From the NCBI RefSeq assembly GCF_018977255.1, contig NW_024704743.1:3784001-3848000 (forward strand): 64,000 nucleotides of DNA, given 5' to 3'. Positions 63,685-64,000 of the stretch are shown piece after piece (the stretch's first letter is position 1; every line of letters begins with the position of its first letter). Both the position numbers and the translations under genes were made by a program. The notes beneath the pieces were generated by a model. The model searched no databases and was not told where the DNA came from. It saw only the letters and a program-made list of their open reading frames with translations. Origin of the DNA: Callorhinchus milii (taxonomy: Eukaryota).

Positions 63685-63890
63685 TGGCCTAACGGTCCAC
63701 CGACAAATCTGGGTGGACCTCCTCAAAATCTACCGCACCACTCTAGCCTCGGCCAAGTCGTACTTCTACTCCAGGATAATCCTGGAGGCGAAGAACAACC
63801 ACAGGCTTCTGTTCTCTACCACATCCCGACTCCTCCGCTCCCCCCCCCCCCCCGCCACCCCACGCAGGTCATCTCCTCCAACCTTCACTG
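63685..63890 (+). pseudogene. L2 LINE ORF2 internal fragment (between endonuclease and RT)
   Basis: HRQIWVDLLKIYRTTLASAKSYFYSRIILEAKNNHRLLFSTTSRLL. Confidence 0.75.
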
Positions 63891-64000
63891 CGAGGAGATG
63901 TACTGTAAAGTGTAGTGACTGTGTGATTTTGTGGGTAATTATGAGCCTAGCCTCTCAGCCCCTAGGCTCTGGAACTCCATCCCCGAGTGCCTTCACCTTG

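Noticed and set aside
1..64000. CRISPR array, operon or prokaryotic defence system
   Set aside because: There is no regularly spaced repeat-spacer array and no long ORF; the content is vertebrate interspersed repeats.

Overview
This is vertebrate genomic DNA, intronic or intergenic and dense in repeats. The repeat repertoire points to a cartilaginous fish, probably a holocephalan such as Callorhinchus; that is an inference. No intact protein-coding gene, RNA gene or CRISPR array is recognisable, and most ORF-track entries come from repeats or are short chance ORFs. The window is dominated by four repeat classes: (A) an older tRNA-headed Deu-domain SINE; (B) a younger SINE with a tRNA-Ala-like head, a MIR/CORE-like block and the same 3' half as A, including a near-identical internally deleted subfamily (B2); (C) decayed CR1 LINE fragments, the largest about 1.8 kb; (D) L2 LINE fragments whose 3' stem-loop tail is shared with the SINEs. 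Rarer items are a non-autonomous Helitron-like element, a Penelope-type terminal fragment with a degenerate hammerhead ribozyme core, a TIR-bounded MITE family and a fold-back palindrome at a SINE tail. The repeat-free islands hold enhancer-like motif clusters and unconfirmed splice-site-bounded candidate exons, the best being a 9-nt minus-strand microexon. I could not identify the host gene, and I found no clear new biological system. Repeat boundaries were read by eye and are approximate.
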